From Eledone cirrhosa (taxonomy: Eukaryota): a stretch of 64,000 nt of DNA. Below, piece by piece: positions 1-12,116 of this stretch. The position numbers and the translations under genes are program-made. The first letter of the stretch is position 1; every line of letters begins with the position of its first letter. The notes beneath the pieces are model-generated. The model worked only from the letters and a program-made list of their open reading frames with translations. It had not been told where the DNA came from and made no database searches. Location: assembly GCA_964016885.1 (NCBI GenBank), contig OZ024740.1, forward strand, positions 63,302,001-63,366,000, in the 5' to 3' direction.

Positions 1-11
1 GTGTGTCTGTG

Positions 12-51
<40 letters not shown>

Positions 52-934
52 CTATTTATAAAAAAACACCAAAGATTCAAGGTATTTTCAAACAACCATA
101 TGTTTCAACCGACAAAACTTCATCTGGGTTTCGTATGGTTACAGAGCTTTAATTTTTTTAATTTAAAAAAATGTTTTTTTCCAAAATTTATTTATGGTTT
201 TATACTCAGACCTTCAGGAATTGGTTTAATATCGACATACTCAGAGTTTATTTTAGCCTGTCAATATTTCACATATGTTTATATATATATCACAACGATG
301 ACAACAACTACAACTCTAGGAATCAAGAACATCGAAAATAGTACAAAATTACGAGAAATCTCCAACCACTATAGATTTTCCTCACTAGAAGGACACTAGG
401 ATTCCCTAAAAAACTTTTTTCAAATAAGCTTTAACAAGATTAAAAGTGAGACGTTATCTTCAAAGTCAGTTTAATTGTAATTAGAATATGGTGTCTGCGA
501 CAGTATGAAATGTTTTGTGAGAGACTTACAAGCTTATATTTATGATTAGGTGTAGATTTTCATTGATGAAGTTAAAAGCTTTAAGAAAAATGATAGACAT
601 TATTATAGAATTATTTTTAGTGGCATAAAATGTTGTATGCAGTTAAAATCAATCCTGTTCAGATTTAAATATATCAACTGTTTGTTGCAGATAGGCAGAA
701 AGAAATGCAAACGTTTCTCACCAGTGTGAATGTAAATCCTGTCCAGTACTCTTGAAAAACGCGTCCTATACTCTAACTAGTTTCATTCAGAAACAACAGT
801 CTTTTGTGTTTATTAATTAGATGAGCAGATACATCACATGGGATATATATATATATATATGCTCATCAAATTAATAAACACAAAAGACTTGTTTCTGAAT
901 GAAACTAGCTAGAGTATATATATATATATATATA

Positions 935-1030
935 TATACTATAAATGAGAATGTATGTGTATATGTGTATGTCTCCTAATGGATCCGAAACGGTGCATCC
1001 TAGAAAAAGACGTTTTTTTTTAACTGTTAC
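935..1030 (+). mobile_element. Possible Helitron 5' terminal fragment
   Basis: tatactataaatgagaatgtatgtgt... resembles the TC/TATACTATAAA + (GT)-rich start of non-autonomous Helitrons. It lies ~300 bp upstream of a Helitron helicase fragment. Confidence 0.3.
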
Positions 1031-1057
1031 TCTTTCACTCACTTTCTAAATCCTGTA

Positions 1058-1255
1058 TGGTGGTGGTGGTGGTAGCGGTGATGGTGGTGATAGCGGTGGT
1101 GGTGGTGCTGCTGGTTGAGGAGGTGGAGGTGGTGGTAGCGGTGGTGATGGTGGTAGTAGTGATGGTTGTGATGGTGATGGTAGTAGTAATAGTAGTGATG
1201 GTAGTAGTGGTGGTGGTGGTAGTGGTGATGGTGGAAGTGGTAGCGGTGGTAGTGT

Positions 1256-1330
<75 letters not shown>
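1058..1330. repeat. (GTG)/(GTA)n trinucleotide microsatellite
   Basis: Direct sequence. It explains the poly-V and poly-T ORFs at 1035-1487. Confidence 0.95.
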
Positions 1331-1337
1331 GGGAGGA

Positions 1338-1615
1338 GGAGGTTATAGAGAAACTCTCCCAGTCATTCCAAAAGGCAACAGGATTGATCAAATCCGAACC
1401 TATTTGAAAAAATTGACACTTTGGACTTCTATCAAAGTTTTGAAACTCCCTACAAAGATGAGGGCATATCTTGATGGAGTTAAACAATCAGGGCAGTTCG
1501 CTTAGAATCTATTAATGCTTGGGGACGGAACACCTCCTGTAGATAGCAAGGGAGCTATTGATATAAGTCCCATATGCACGATGGTAGAATCGTTATTCCA
1601 TCCCATAGAAAATGT
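1338..1615 (+). pseudogene. Helitron PIF1-like helicase fragment (degenerate)
   Basis: Manual translation across disruptions gives YRETLPVIPK(G)..D.IRT.LKK..LWTSIKVLKLPTKMRAYL....GQFA*NLLMLGDG. This matches the Helitron helicase block GDFRQTLPVIPRG...LW..VKKLKL.TNMR...FA..LL.IGDG. Confidence 0.7.
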
Positions 1616-1945
1616 TGTCCTCACCTGAAATTACATCTGATCTGTAACTGGATTGACATTCCTACGATGACTCAACCACCTTGAAATTCTTCTCTGCTCT
1701 CTACGCCTTACATCCACTACGATTTTTATTACTTTCTGAATTCACTTTCTGAACTCACTTTCTGTACTCTTATATTATTTTTCCCCCTTATCTCCCCTTA
1801 TATTTAAACTTTTTCCTGTGTTATTTATTTTCATTATTCCCCCCTACTTTCTACATTACCCTTTACATACCTACCTTTTTATTTATAGATATTTATTTCT
1901 GTGTGTATGTATGTGTTGTGTATATGTGTATATATGTATATGTTG
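1613..1945 (+). mobile_element. Penelope-like (Naiad-type) ORF end / 3'UTR fragment
   Basis: Near-identical to 9118-9400 (tgttgtcctcacctgaaa...gacattcctacgatgactcaaccaccttgaa...). Confidence 0.85.
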
Positions 1946-2149
1946 GTGTAAATGGTAGCACAGTGGTCCGGATAACCAAAGATGTGGGTTCAACTCCCAT
2001 GTACGTCAATACTCATCTTTTTCCATTTCTCCGAGGATTCTTAACCCCACTATCAGGCTAAATAATTTCTTTAATTTCTTTAGTCAAATTACGGCGATAG
2101 CTTACATTTCTAATAATTTCAAACCCACTCGCTGTTTCGAAAATATTCT

Positions 2150-2150
<1 letters not shown>
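1943..2150 (+). mobile_element. tRNA-derived SINE head (A box tggtgtaaatgg, B box ggttcaactcc)
   Basis: Pol III internal promoter boxes with tRNA spacing. No clean cloverleaf. Ends at (TA)n. Confidence 0.5.
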
Positions 2151-2235
<85 letters not shown>

Positions 2236-2517
2236 ATATAATTATATATATCTCTATGTATATGTATGTGTGTATATAATTATGTATATCTGTATGTATA
2301 TGTGCGTGTATATATATATATATGTGTGTGTGTGTTTATATGTGTGTGTGTATTTTTATTAAGGTGGTGACATAACTTTTTGTATATATGTGTGTATATT
2401 AGTGTGTGTGTATATGTGTATTTTTATATATATGTATGTTTTTTTATATATATATATATATATGTAATGGCCGTCGAGGCGGCTTGAGCTCTGCCATCGG
2501 AGTCATACTTTTTCCTG

Positions 2518-2558
<41 letters not shown>

Positions 2559-2839
2559 ATGTATATATGTGTATTTGTATGGTTGTGTGTGTATATATAT
2601 AAGTGTATGTATGTGCATAGTTACATACAGTGATTTAATGTTTATTTTCATAGATTATTTGCTCCAGGAACTTGTTGAGTGCTCTAAACCAGCTATAAAC
2701 ATTTACACCTTTATCTATTTAGTTATTTATTTATTATTATTTGTCGTATTCCCAACTATTTGTTTACTCCTTCCACCTTTTTATTTTTATTTTTATATAT
2801 ATATATTATGTATGTATTTTCTTATATATATATATATAT

Positions 2840-3121
2840 ATTTTACCAACTTTTCAACCATCCTCTTACGTAATCACCTATATAACTCACCCACACACAC
2901 ACCCCAAAAAAGTTTTTTTCTCCACACGCCACCTACACCCACAACACGCTTAAACCCCACACACACGTGCTTTCCACCACATATTTACACCCTGAGCCTC
3001 CTGATTCTTCTCCCCCCCCACCCCTCTATCCACACACACACAGACACTCCGACCCCCCCCCCCCCCCGACACACACCTCTTCCTGAACATGCAACCCCGT
3101 TCTTCCCCCAACCCTTACTTT

Positions 3122-3152
<31 letters not shown>

Positions 3153-3600
3153 GTACACCTACACACACACACCACCTTCAGCCCTCCCCGCTCGGACACC
3201 CCGTCTCCCTCTCCCCACTCCACCCGCCACCACCCCTACACACCCCACACCCTTCCACCACCTGTGTTACCCCCCTTTTAATTTCAGTTTATTTTGATCA
3301 TGCTTTTATATTTAAATTTATTTCATTCCTTGTATTTTGATCATGCTTTATTTTTATTTTTATTATTTTTTTCATTCGCACCGTTTCCTTTCGCTATATG
3401 TCTCTCCACCACTCCCCTACACACCCTTTGAACTCTGTTCCCACATACTTCTCACCTGAGGAAGGGCTTATGCCCGAAACGTCATTCCCCACCAACACCC
3501 CACTCTCCAGAGCGTGAAATTAATAAACATTCGTTGTACTGCCTCTCTGTTTTGTTCCTGTTCAAATTTTTCCATTATATATATATATATATATATATAT
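2840..3600 (+). mobile_element. Non-coding PLE-like 3' module (CA-rich UTR, hammerhead-like hairpin, AATAAA, (TA)n)
   Basis: Homologous in inverted orientation to 53955-54710. Contains ctgagga-agggcttatgccc-gaaac at ~3456-3480. Confidence 0.6.
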
Positions 3601-3602
3601 AT

Positions 3603-5208
3603 AACAACCAACTCTGGACTAGAGCAGATAGAGATAATAATTTCGATATCACTATGGGGGTCATCGGATTCCGGCCAGGTAACGGATCTTGTGGGGCTTT
3701 TTATAAATAATACTCTACACAGAAAAATACCCGAGATGACCGGAGGTTTATATCGCGACGATATGCTATTACTTATCGAAAATAATAACTGTGAATTAAA
3801 TAGGAAAAGAAAAGAAATTATACAATTTTTTAATTACCTTAATCTTAAAGTAGAAATAGAGAATAATTATAAAATAGTTAACTTTCTAGGTGTAACCTTA
3901 AACCTTAACACATGTCTTCATTATCCATTTCACAAATTAAACGAGAACTTAAACTTTGTCCATTTTAACTCCAATCACCCCAGATCCGTTAAAAATACTA
4001 TAGTAAATTCTGTACAGCAACGCATTTCTAGAATTTCAGCTAATAAGAATAGTTTTGATGATAAAGCACAATATTACAACGAAGCGTTAGGTAGAGCTGG
4101 ATATAGTAATAAAATGAAATATATTGATAAAAATAATATAACAAATAACCATAATTTTAACAACTATAATAGAAAACCTTACAATAATTCGAAAAACAAA
4201 AAGAGAAATAGAACTAGGAATATATTATGGTCCGCTCCTCCTTTCACATTAAATATTAAAACTCCTATTGCTAAACTATTCTTTAAAGCTCTTTACAAAT
4301 GCTTCCCTAGAACACAGATATTACTCAATATTTAATAGACATACTATAAAATTAACTTATTCAACCACCAGTAATTTAGCGCAGAATATTAATAGAATTA
4401 ATAATAGAAACTTAAAACCTAACCAGAATACCATTAACAACCCCAGCAATATCCAATTTAATAATACGGCTCCTAGTAACTTGAATTTTGATAAATGTAA
4501 CTGTAGAAATAAATCTAACTGTCCGTTAAATGTGTGTATGTATATATATTCTTTTAATTATATATTCTTAATAATATATAGATCTCAATTTTTAATTTAT
4601 AGATCTCAATAATTTAATCAAATTTAAACATTAGATAAAATTATCCGGTTATTACTATTTATTTATTTATTTATCCAGGCTTTATTTACTTACCGTAATT
4701 CATCCAATATATATTTATCTTTTCGCTTCATCATCTCATAAAATTACGTTAATACAACACTCTCTCAATTAGAGTTTTCTCTCTTTGTCTTTCTTTTCTT
4801 TTGTTTTTCTTTCGTTCTTTCTTTTTTCTTTTCTTTTTTCCCTATTCCAACGGCTTAATTTAAATGTATGGGATTTAAACCTTTCCGACACTAATTTGCA
4901 TAATAGACCAATAATAAAATTAGTAACCCCACTATCCGGAAGCTTCCAACCGACATGGTTGCATTTTTTAAGGGTATGTCAATATTTGTTTATAAAACTG
5001 ATCTATATTATATTTTATCTGATGAAAGCGCACCATAATTTGCTTTGGTGTCCTTGAAATATGTATAATGAAATAATTATGGTTTTATAAATATAGTTTC
5101 CATTTGTTAATATATTGTATTTTTACTCCAAAAAATTGTTGAGTGCTTTATATCAGTTATAAAAATATTTGCTTGTTGTATCCCAACAAATTAAATATAA
5201 CTTCTACA
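3603..5208 (+). mobile_element. Penelope-like (Naiad-type) retroelement, 5'-truncated, GIY-YIG deleted
   Basis: ORF 3514-4335 has RT motifs GS.DSGQVTDLVG, GLYRDD, VNFLGVTLNL, SNHP and RTRNILWSAPPF. A frameshift leads into 4268-4612 with CNCRNKSNCPLN. Followed by a 3' terminal repeat with hammerhead. Both ends abut (TA)n. Confidence 0.85.
5011..5075 (+). ncRNA. Minimal type-I hammerhead ribozyme
   Basis: tattttat-CTGATGA-aagcgcacca..tggtgtcctt-GAAA-tatgta-TA-atgaaata. Stem I has 8 bp (1 G-U), stem II is imperfect, stem III is quasi-palindromic. Confidence 0.85.
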
Positions 5209-5247
5209 TATATATATATATATGTAAGTGTGTGTGTATATATATAG

Positions 5248-5314
<67 letters not shown>

Positions 5315-5344
5315 AGATCAAAAGATGGTTAAAAGAGTTCCATG

Positions 5345-5415
5345 TATTTTATTATACGCATTTCAAAAACAAATATCATCATGCGATGACATTTGCGTTT
5401 TCGTCAGATAAAATA
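5345..5415 (-). ncRNA. Minimal type-I hammerhead ribozyme
   Basis: Minus strand: tattttat-CTGACGA-aaacgcaaatgtcatc..gatgatatttgttttt-GAAA-tgcgta-TA-ataaaata. Confidence 0.85.
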
Positions 5416-5531
5416 GCACATTTTGACGAAAACGCAAATGTCATCGCATGATGATATTTGTTTTAGAAATGCGCATAATAAAATACATGGAACTCTTTTA
5501 ACCATCTTTTGATCTTATATTATTTATACTC

Positions 5532-5713
5532 GGTGAATTGGCAGTATCGGTAGAGGGTTGGACGCCATGCTTTCTAGCATAGTTACGTCCCTTTACAGTC
5601 TGAGTTCAAATCCCGCCGAGGTTAACTTTGCCTTTCATCCTTACGGGGTCGATAAAATAAAGTACCAGTAATGTACTGGGTAATTTGCTGGCCTTGTGCC
5701 TAAAGTAGAAACA
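5532..5713 (+). mobile_element. tRNA-derived SINE (family A) with 13-bp target-site duplication
   Basis: A box tggcagtatcgg, B box gagttcaaatcc, core gcctttcatccttacggggtcgataaaataaagtaccag. TSD attatttatactc at 5519-5531 and 5714-5726. Confidence 0.9.
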
Positions 5714-5801
5714 ATTATTTATACTCCAGTCCTACAAACTGTAGAGTGCTACTTATCCGATATCTGCATTGCTTTATTGTACTACAATAAAACTCACCCC
5801 C

Positions 5802-5837
<36 letters not shown>

Positions 5838-5956
5838 AGGTGAGTTTTATTGTAGTACAATAAAGCAATGCAGATATCGGATAAGAAGCACTCTACAGTT
5901 TGTAGGACTGGAGTATGCATAATATAAGATCAAAAGATGGTTAAAGGAGTTCCATG

Positions 5957-6027
5957 TATTTTATTATGCGCATTTCAAAAACAAACATCATCATGCAATA
6001 ATATTTGTGTTTTCATCAGATAAAACA
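5957..6027 (-). ncRNA. Minimal type-I hammerhead ribozyme (left arm of palindrome)
   Basis: Reverse complement of 6108-6178. Confidence 0.85.
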
Positions 6028-6107
6028 GGAGAACATGATATGGAGGCTAAAAAACACTTGTGCTGCACTATCCACAAGTGTTTTTTAGCCTCCATATCAT
6101 GTTCTCC

Positions 6108-6178
6108 TGTTTTATCTGATGAAAACACAAATATTATTGCATGATGATGTTTGTTTTTGAAATGCGCATAATAAAATA
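6108..6178 (+). ncRNA. Minimal type-I hammerhead ribozyme
   Basis: tgttttat-CTGATGA-aaacacaaatattatt..tgatgatgtttgttttt-GAAA-TGCGCA-TA-ataaaata. Stem III is the palindrome TGCGCA. Confidence 0.88.
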
Positions 6179-6213
6179 CATGGAACTCCTTTAACCATCT
6201 TTTGATCTTATAT

Positions 6214-6244
<31 letters not shown>

Positions 6245-6665
6245 ATATGTGTATGTATGTATATATATATATATATATATATGTATATGTGTGTGTATGT
6301 GTGTGTGTGTGTATGTATATATTTATATGTATGTATGTGTATGTGTAAATGTGTGTATTGCTTACCACGTGTGTTTGTTCATTTATTTGTGTCTTTTCCT
6401 GTATCGCTGTCAACTTTATAATAATTTTTATTTTTATTTTCTTAAGTCGTATAATTTTTATTTTTATTTTTATGTGACGGCCTATTGCATTATATGGTCG
6501 TCCATTGTTTTTTATTTTTATTTTTATTATTTTTTCTTATAATTAATTGTGTGTGTGCGCGTATGTAGGTGTGTGTACATATATCTATATTTGTGTGTGC
6601 GTATGTACGCGTGTATGTGTGTGTGTATGTATGTGTGTGTATGTACGTGTGTATATATGTATGAT

Positions 6666-6713
<48 letters not shown>

Positions 6714-6813
6714 AGTGTTTGTGTATTTGTGTGTATGTGTATGTATGGATATGTATATATATATATATGTGTATGTATGTATATGTATATATATATATGT
6801 GTATGTGTATATA

Positions 6814-6894
<81 letters not shown>

Positions 6895-7329
6895 GTGTGT
6901 ATGTATATATATGTGCGCGTGTGTGTGGGTGTGTGTGTGCATGTGTGTTTATCTACTTTTATACTTATTCTTTTTCCTTTCCTTTTTCCTTTTCCAGCCT
7001 CACTTTCATATAGATTATATTTTTGTTTTTAAAATCCACTGTCAATAAATACACCAGGATTTTTTTATTCCTATGATAAAGCAAATTTTGTTTGCTTTCA
7101 AGAAACCACTGGTAAATGAAATAATTATCTGATGTTTATTACATAACTATTAAGCTCTGTAACCTACATAGAGCACTTTTTTCCTGGACCTTTCCGACGG
7201 AATTACTTCATTTATACAGCTCCAACCGGGATTGATTGAAGCATATTCTATATTACATATATGATTGGCACTTTCCAGCCCGATTAGTTGAGCACTCTAC
7301 AGTTTTCAGGAATTTAAGCAACATACACC

Positions 7330-9190
7330 ATGGACCTTTATGAATTGGATTATTCAATCAAAAATATACCTACTCCTTCCAACACAACTTATACCAAACT
7401 GCTTATAGATAAAATCGAACAAGTCGTTAAAAGAATGAGATGGAAGGCAATGGTTTACGATGGACTATTCAGTGCTGATACAAATGATTGTTTTGACATA
7501 AAATCCCATAAATACCCACCTAGAATTAAAGACATGGCCAATTTCAAATTAGACCTTGTTAATTTAATTAGTGATATCAAATTTCGTAAGTACAATAATA
7601 ATTTTCAAACTAAACTTTCTAACGATATTTCTAATTTTAAAAATTCTACAAACACTTTTGTTCTTTCCGATAAAACTAAAAATCTCTTTGAAGTTAATAG
7701 TATTTTGTATAACCAACTTTTTACTAATAGTATCACCAACAAATATCAATTAACTAATAATAACACCTACAATACTATTAATAAAGAAGCTAAGGAACTA
7801 GCTATTTTTTTTAAATAGACAACCGGATTGAAAGCCTAGCTAAACGTAAAGGATATATTACCCTTAAAGACCATAAATTAAACTTTACTAATCGACCTAG
7901 CTGTAGACTGGTTAACTCGGCTAAATCCGAAGTTGGCCTTGCAAGTAAAAAAATCTTAAGAAAACTAATTCTCCAAATTAGAACTAAGACTGACTTATCA
8001 CAATGGTTAAATACATCCTCTGTTATTTCTTGGTTTAATAATATACAAGGTAAAAATAAGTGTAGATTTACTCAATTTGATATTGTTGATTTTTACCCCT
8101 CTATTACTGTTTCCTTATTAACTAAAGCCTTACATTTTGCAAGACCCTTAATTAATATTTCTAAATTAGAAGAAGACATTATCTTTCATGCTAAAAAAAA
8201 ACTCTACTCTTTACTAATGAAAGTATTGGGGTTAAAAAGTCAAACCCTGAAAACTCTTTTGATGTTGCAATGGGTTCATATGACAGTGCGGATGTGTGTG
8301 ACTTAGTAGGATTACTCCTCCTCCACACCCTTAAAGAGAAATTTCCTTCCCATAATATCGGTTTATACCGTGACGACGGATTGGCAGTTTCTCATACCAC
8401 CAACGGCCATAACCTTGATAAATTCCGTAAAGATTTAATCAATACTTTTTCTAATCTAAACCTTAAAATTACTATAGATACGAACCTTACCAATGCTAAC
8501 TTTCTTGACATTAATCTTGATCTACTTACTGCCTCTTTTAAACCTTATCATAAACCTAACGAAAATCTTAGATATATACACAAAGAGTCTTGCCATCCCC
8601 CTATAGTTTTAAAAAATCTAATTCCCAATATTAGCCATAGGATTTCTACCTTATCTTCGTCTCTAGACATTTTTAATAAAGCCCTTTCATAACAGCGGCT
8701 TTACAGAACACATTAAATATTTACCTACTCCTCCCCCTAAAACTGAATGCCCATTACAGGGCAAATGTAACAAAAAATCCGTTGTATATGAGGCCAAAGT
8801 GACACATTTAATTAACAACCAGCCAGGAGTGAACGATATGTTGGCATGACTCAGGACAGGTTTAAAACCAGGTTTTATGCACATGTCGCTTCTTTTAAAC
8901 ACTCCGATAAAAGAACAGCAACGGCTCTCGCAAATAAGGTGTGGGAATTCAAGGATAAAAACATCCCGTACTCTATCGATTGGTCTATTTTAGACCATTC
9001 GAGGGAGTACCAAAGGGGCACAAAGAATTGTTCTTTGTGTACCACTGAAAAATTTAGGATTTTACAAAACTTGAAAGCCACTTCAACTTGCCTGAACTTC
9101 AAGACCGAGATCTTCAGATGTTGTCCTCACCTGAAATCACATCTGATCTATAACTGGATTGACATTCCTACGATGACTCAACCACCTTGA
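7330..9190 (+). pseudogene. PLE reverse transcriptase + GIY-YIG endonuclease (frameshifted, internal deletion)
   Basis: N-terminus YSIKNIP...KRMRWKA (Naiad-like). RT motifs QFDIVDFYPSI (~8073), MGSYDSADVCDLVG, GLYRDDGL, ANFLDINLDL. EN: CPLQGKC.KKSVVYEA, YVGMT..FKTRF..H, CSLCTTEK, CCPH. Breaks near 7810, 8195, 8690 and 8830; the WFNPP linker is missing near 8740. Confidence 0.9.
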
Positions 9191-9419
9191 ACTTCTTCTT
9201 CACATCCACTACGAGTTTTTTACCTTCTGAACTCACTTTCTGTACTCTTATATTCTTTTTATCCCTTATCTCCCTTTATATTTAAACCTTTTCCTGTCAT
9301 TTATTTTCCTTATTTTCCTCCCTACTTTCTACATTATCCTTTACATACCCACCTTTTTTATTTTTAGATATTTCTGTGTGTGTGTGTGTGTTGCGTATAT
9401 GTGTATATATGTATGTATG

Positions 9420-9514
<95 letters not shown>

Positions 9515-9747
9515 ATGTATATAGGTTTATATATATCTGTATGTATATGTATGTGTGTATATAATTGTATTTTATATGCTTCTGTTGTATTTGTGTGTGT
9601 GTATATATATATGTATAAATATATATATATATATATATGTATGTATATATATATATATATTTAAGAGTTAAACAAGGTTCAATGAATACTTCTAAGAATG
9701 AGTTTTACGCACATACATGTGTGTGTGTATTTGCATGTATGTATGTG

Positions 9748-9805
<58 letters not shown>

Positions 9806-10477
9806 TGTGTGTGTGTATGTATAGGTGTATGTATGTGTATATGTATATGTATGTGTATGTGTGTATGTATTTATTTTTATGTGCATGTGCAATTGTGTGT
9901 ATTGCTTACCACGTGTGTTTGTTCATTTATTTGTTGCCTGTATCGCTGTCAACTTTATAATAATTTTTACATTTATTTTTATTCTTATGTGACGGTATTT
10001 TTATTATTATTTTTTTCTTATAATTATTTGTGTGTGTGCGTATGTAGGTGTGTGTACATATATCTATATTTGTGTTTGCGTATGTATGCGTGTATATATG
10101 TGTGTATGTATGTGTGTGGATGTACGTGTGTATATATGTATGATTATGTGTGTCTGTATATATATATATATATATACATGTGTGTGTGTTTGTGTCTTTG
10201 TGTGTATGTGTATGTATGGATATGTATATATATATATATATGTGTATGTATGTATATGTATATATATATATGTGTATGTGTATATGTGTGTATGTATGTA
10301 TATATATATATATATATATGTATATATGTGTGTATGTGTGTGTGCGTGTGTGTGTGCATCTGTTTATCTACTTTTATACTTATTCTTTTTCCTTTCCTTC
10401 TTCCTTTTCCAGCCTCACTTTCATATAGATTATAATTTTGTTTTTAAAATCCACTGTCAATAAATACACCAAGATTT

Positions 10478-10538
10478 TTTCATTCTGATGACTGAAAGCA
10501 AATTTTGTTTGCTTTCAAGAAACCACTGGTAAATGAAA
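10478..10538 (+). ncRNA. Minimal type-I hammerhead ribozyme in 3' pLTR of Naiad element
   Basis: tttcatt-CTGATGA-ctgaaagcaaa..tttgctttcaa-GAAAC-cactg-GTA-aatgaaa. The copy in the 5' pLTR (~7061-7121) has a damaged core (cctatgata). Confidence 0.88.
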
Positions 10539-10877
10539 TAATTATCTTATGTTGTTTATTACATAACTATATATATTTTTTTTTTTTTTTTTTTTTTCAC
10601 AAAATTGTGTGTATTTTTGTAGCTTAACGGCTATAAATTAATGTATTTCATCTCTCACTCCTTTGAACAGAGTTTGACTTATGTCAGACGATTTGACCCC
10701 GGATGGACCAGGAGTACCGTTGGTAGGGGTCGAAGCTGCTCAAGTCCATCTCAACGGCTGATTATCATGGAGTTCTATGTTCTTCGTTAGTACATCTATT
10801 ATTAAAAAATAATTTTTTAGGGTTTCGTTTTATTTTGTTTCAGTTCGTTGACTTGTCCGTTTTTGTTAATTATCTTA

Positions 10878-10960
<83 letters not shown>

Positions 10961-10965
<5 letters not shown>

Positions 10966-11350
10966 GAAGATACAGATGCACCATGATGCGGAAAACAATA
11001 GAAAATATGTATACATAGGTGCAACTGGCGGAGATTTTAAATCCCGTTTCTATAACTATACATGTTCCTTTAGACATCGGCACAAAAGATTGCAAACCAG
11101 CCTGTCTGAGCAATTGCGGTGGCTTAAGGACGGTAACAACACCTTTAGAACGGAATGGGACGTCATAAGAAGAGCACCCCGCTCCACTTAGGAGGATGAC
11201 ACTGCCGGTTATGCCTTGCGGAAGCAGTGGAAATAATAAAACTGAAAAAAACACGGTATAAACGCGATTCCTGAAATCCTGATGAATTGTTTGCACCAGC
11301 GCGCCGACCTGTTCAACGGGTACGTGGACGAGCAGAACCTAAGGAATACC
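10961..11350 (+). pseudogene. PLE (Naiad-type) GIY-YIG endonuclease fragment, different family
   Basis: YVYIGATGGDFKSRFYNY..SF...QTSLSEQLRWLKD..W.VI, then CRLCL.E and EILMNCLH. Starts at (TA)n. Confidence 0.8.
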
Positions 11351-11458
11351 AAGTAACTCACAGCAATTTTTCGATCAAACGAAATAAATCTATTTGAACA
11401 ATCTTCTGCTACTTATAACTCTTTATATGTATCTGTACACCATCTCTTGATTATTACT

Positions 11459-11631
11459 GGTCGGTAGAGGGTCGGACGCCATGCTTTGACGCATAGAGTT
11501 ACGACTCTTGCCATTCTGAGTTAAAATCCCGCCGAGGTTAACTTTGCTTTTCATCCTTACGGGGTCGATAAAATAAAGTACCAGTAATACACTGGATAAT
11601 TGCTGGCCTTGTGCCAAAAGTAGAAACAATT
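11459..11631 (+). mobile_element. SINE family A (5'-truncated)
   Basis: Same core and tail as 5532-5713. Flanking attattact duplication. Confidence 0.9.
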
Positions 11632-11990
11632 ATTATTACTCTGCTATATGTTTGTAATTGGGTGTATGCGAGGGTGCGCACCGGTGTGTGTGTCTCCGCG
11701 GCTCCACGCATATATAGGCAGATGTATGTCTGTTTTATACGTGTTATACGGTTATACGTGTATATGGGAACGCACAGACGCATGTGTTTGTATATATATA
11801 TATGTGTGTGTGCGTGTGTGTGTATGCATATATGTATATATGTGTATGTATGTGTATACGTGTGTATTTGTATGTGTGTATATGTGTGTGTGTGTGTACG
11901 TGTATATATACGTGAGTGTGTAAACATGTGTGAGTGCATGTGTCTGTAATTATGTACGTATGAATGTACATGCATGTATATGTGTGTGTG

Positions 11991-12031
<41 letters not shown>

Positions 12032-12044
12032 ATGAGTGTATATA

Positions 12045-12116
<72 letters not shown>

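Larger units (their letters stand above)
6216..10572 (+). mobile_element. Near full-length Penelope-like element (Naiad-type) with direct pseudo-LTRs
   Basis: Direct repeats ~6340-7152 and ~9880-10572 flank a disrupted RT + GIY-YIG ORF. The repeat carries a hammerhead motif. Confidence 0.9.

Noticed and set aside
555-600. Hammerhead-like ttgatga...gaaa
   Set aside because: The core C is missing and stems I and III do not pair.
1943-2010. Functional tRNA gene
   Set aside because: A and B boxes are present, but acceptor and anticodon stems do not pair convincingly. More consistent with a SINE head.
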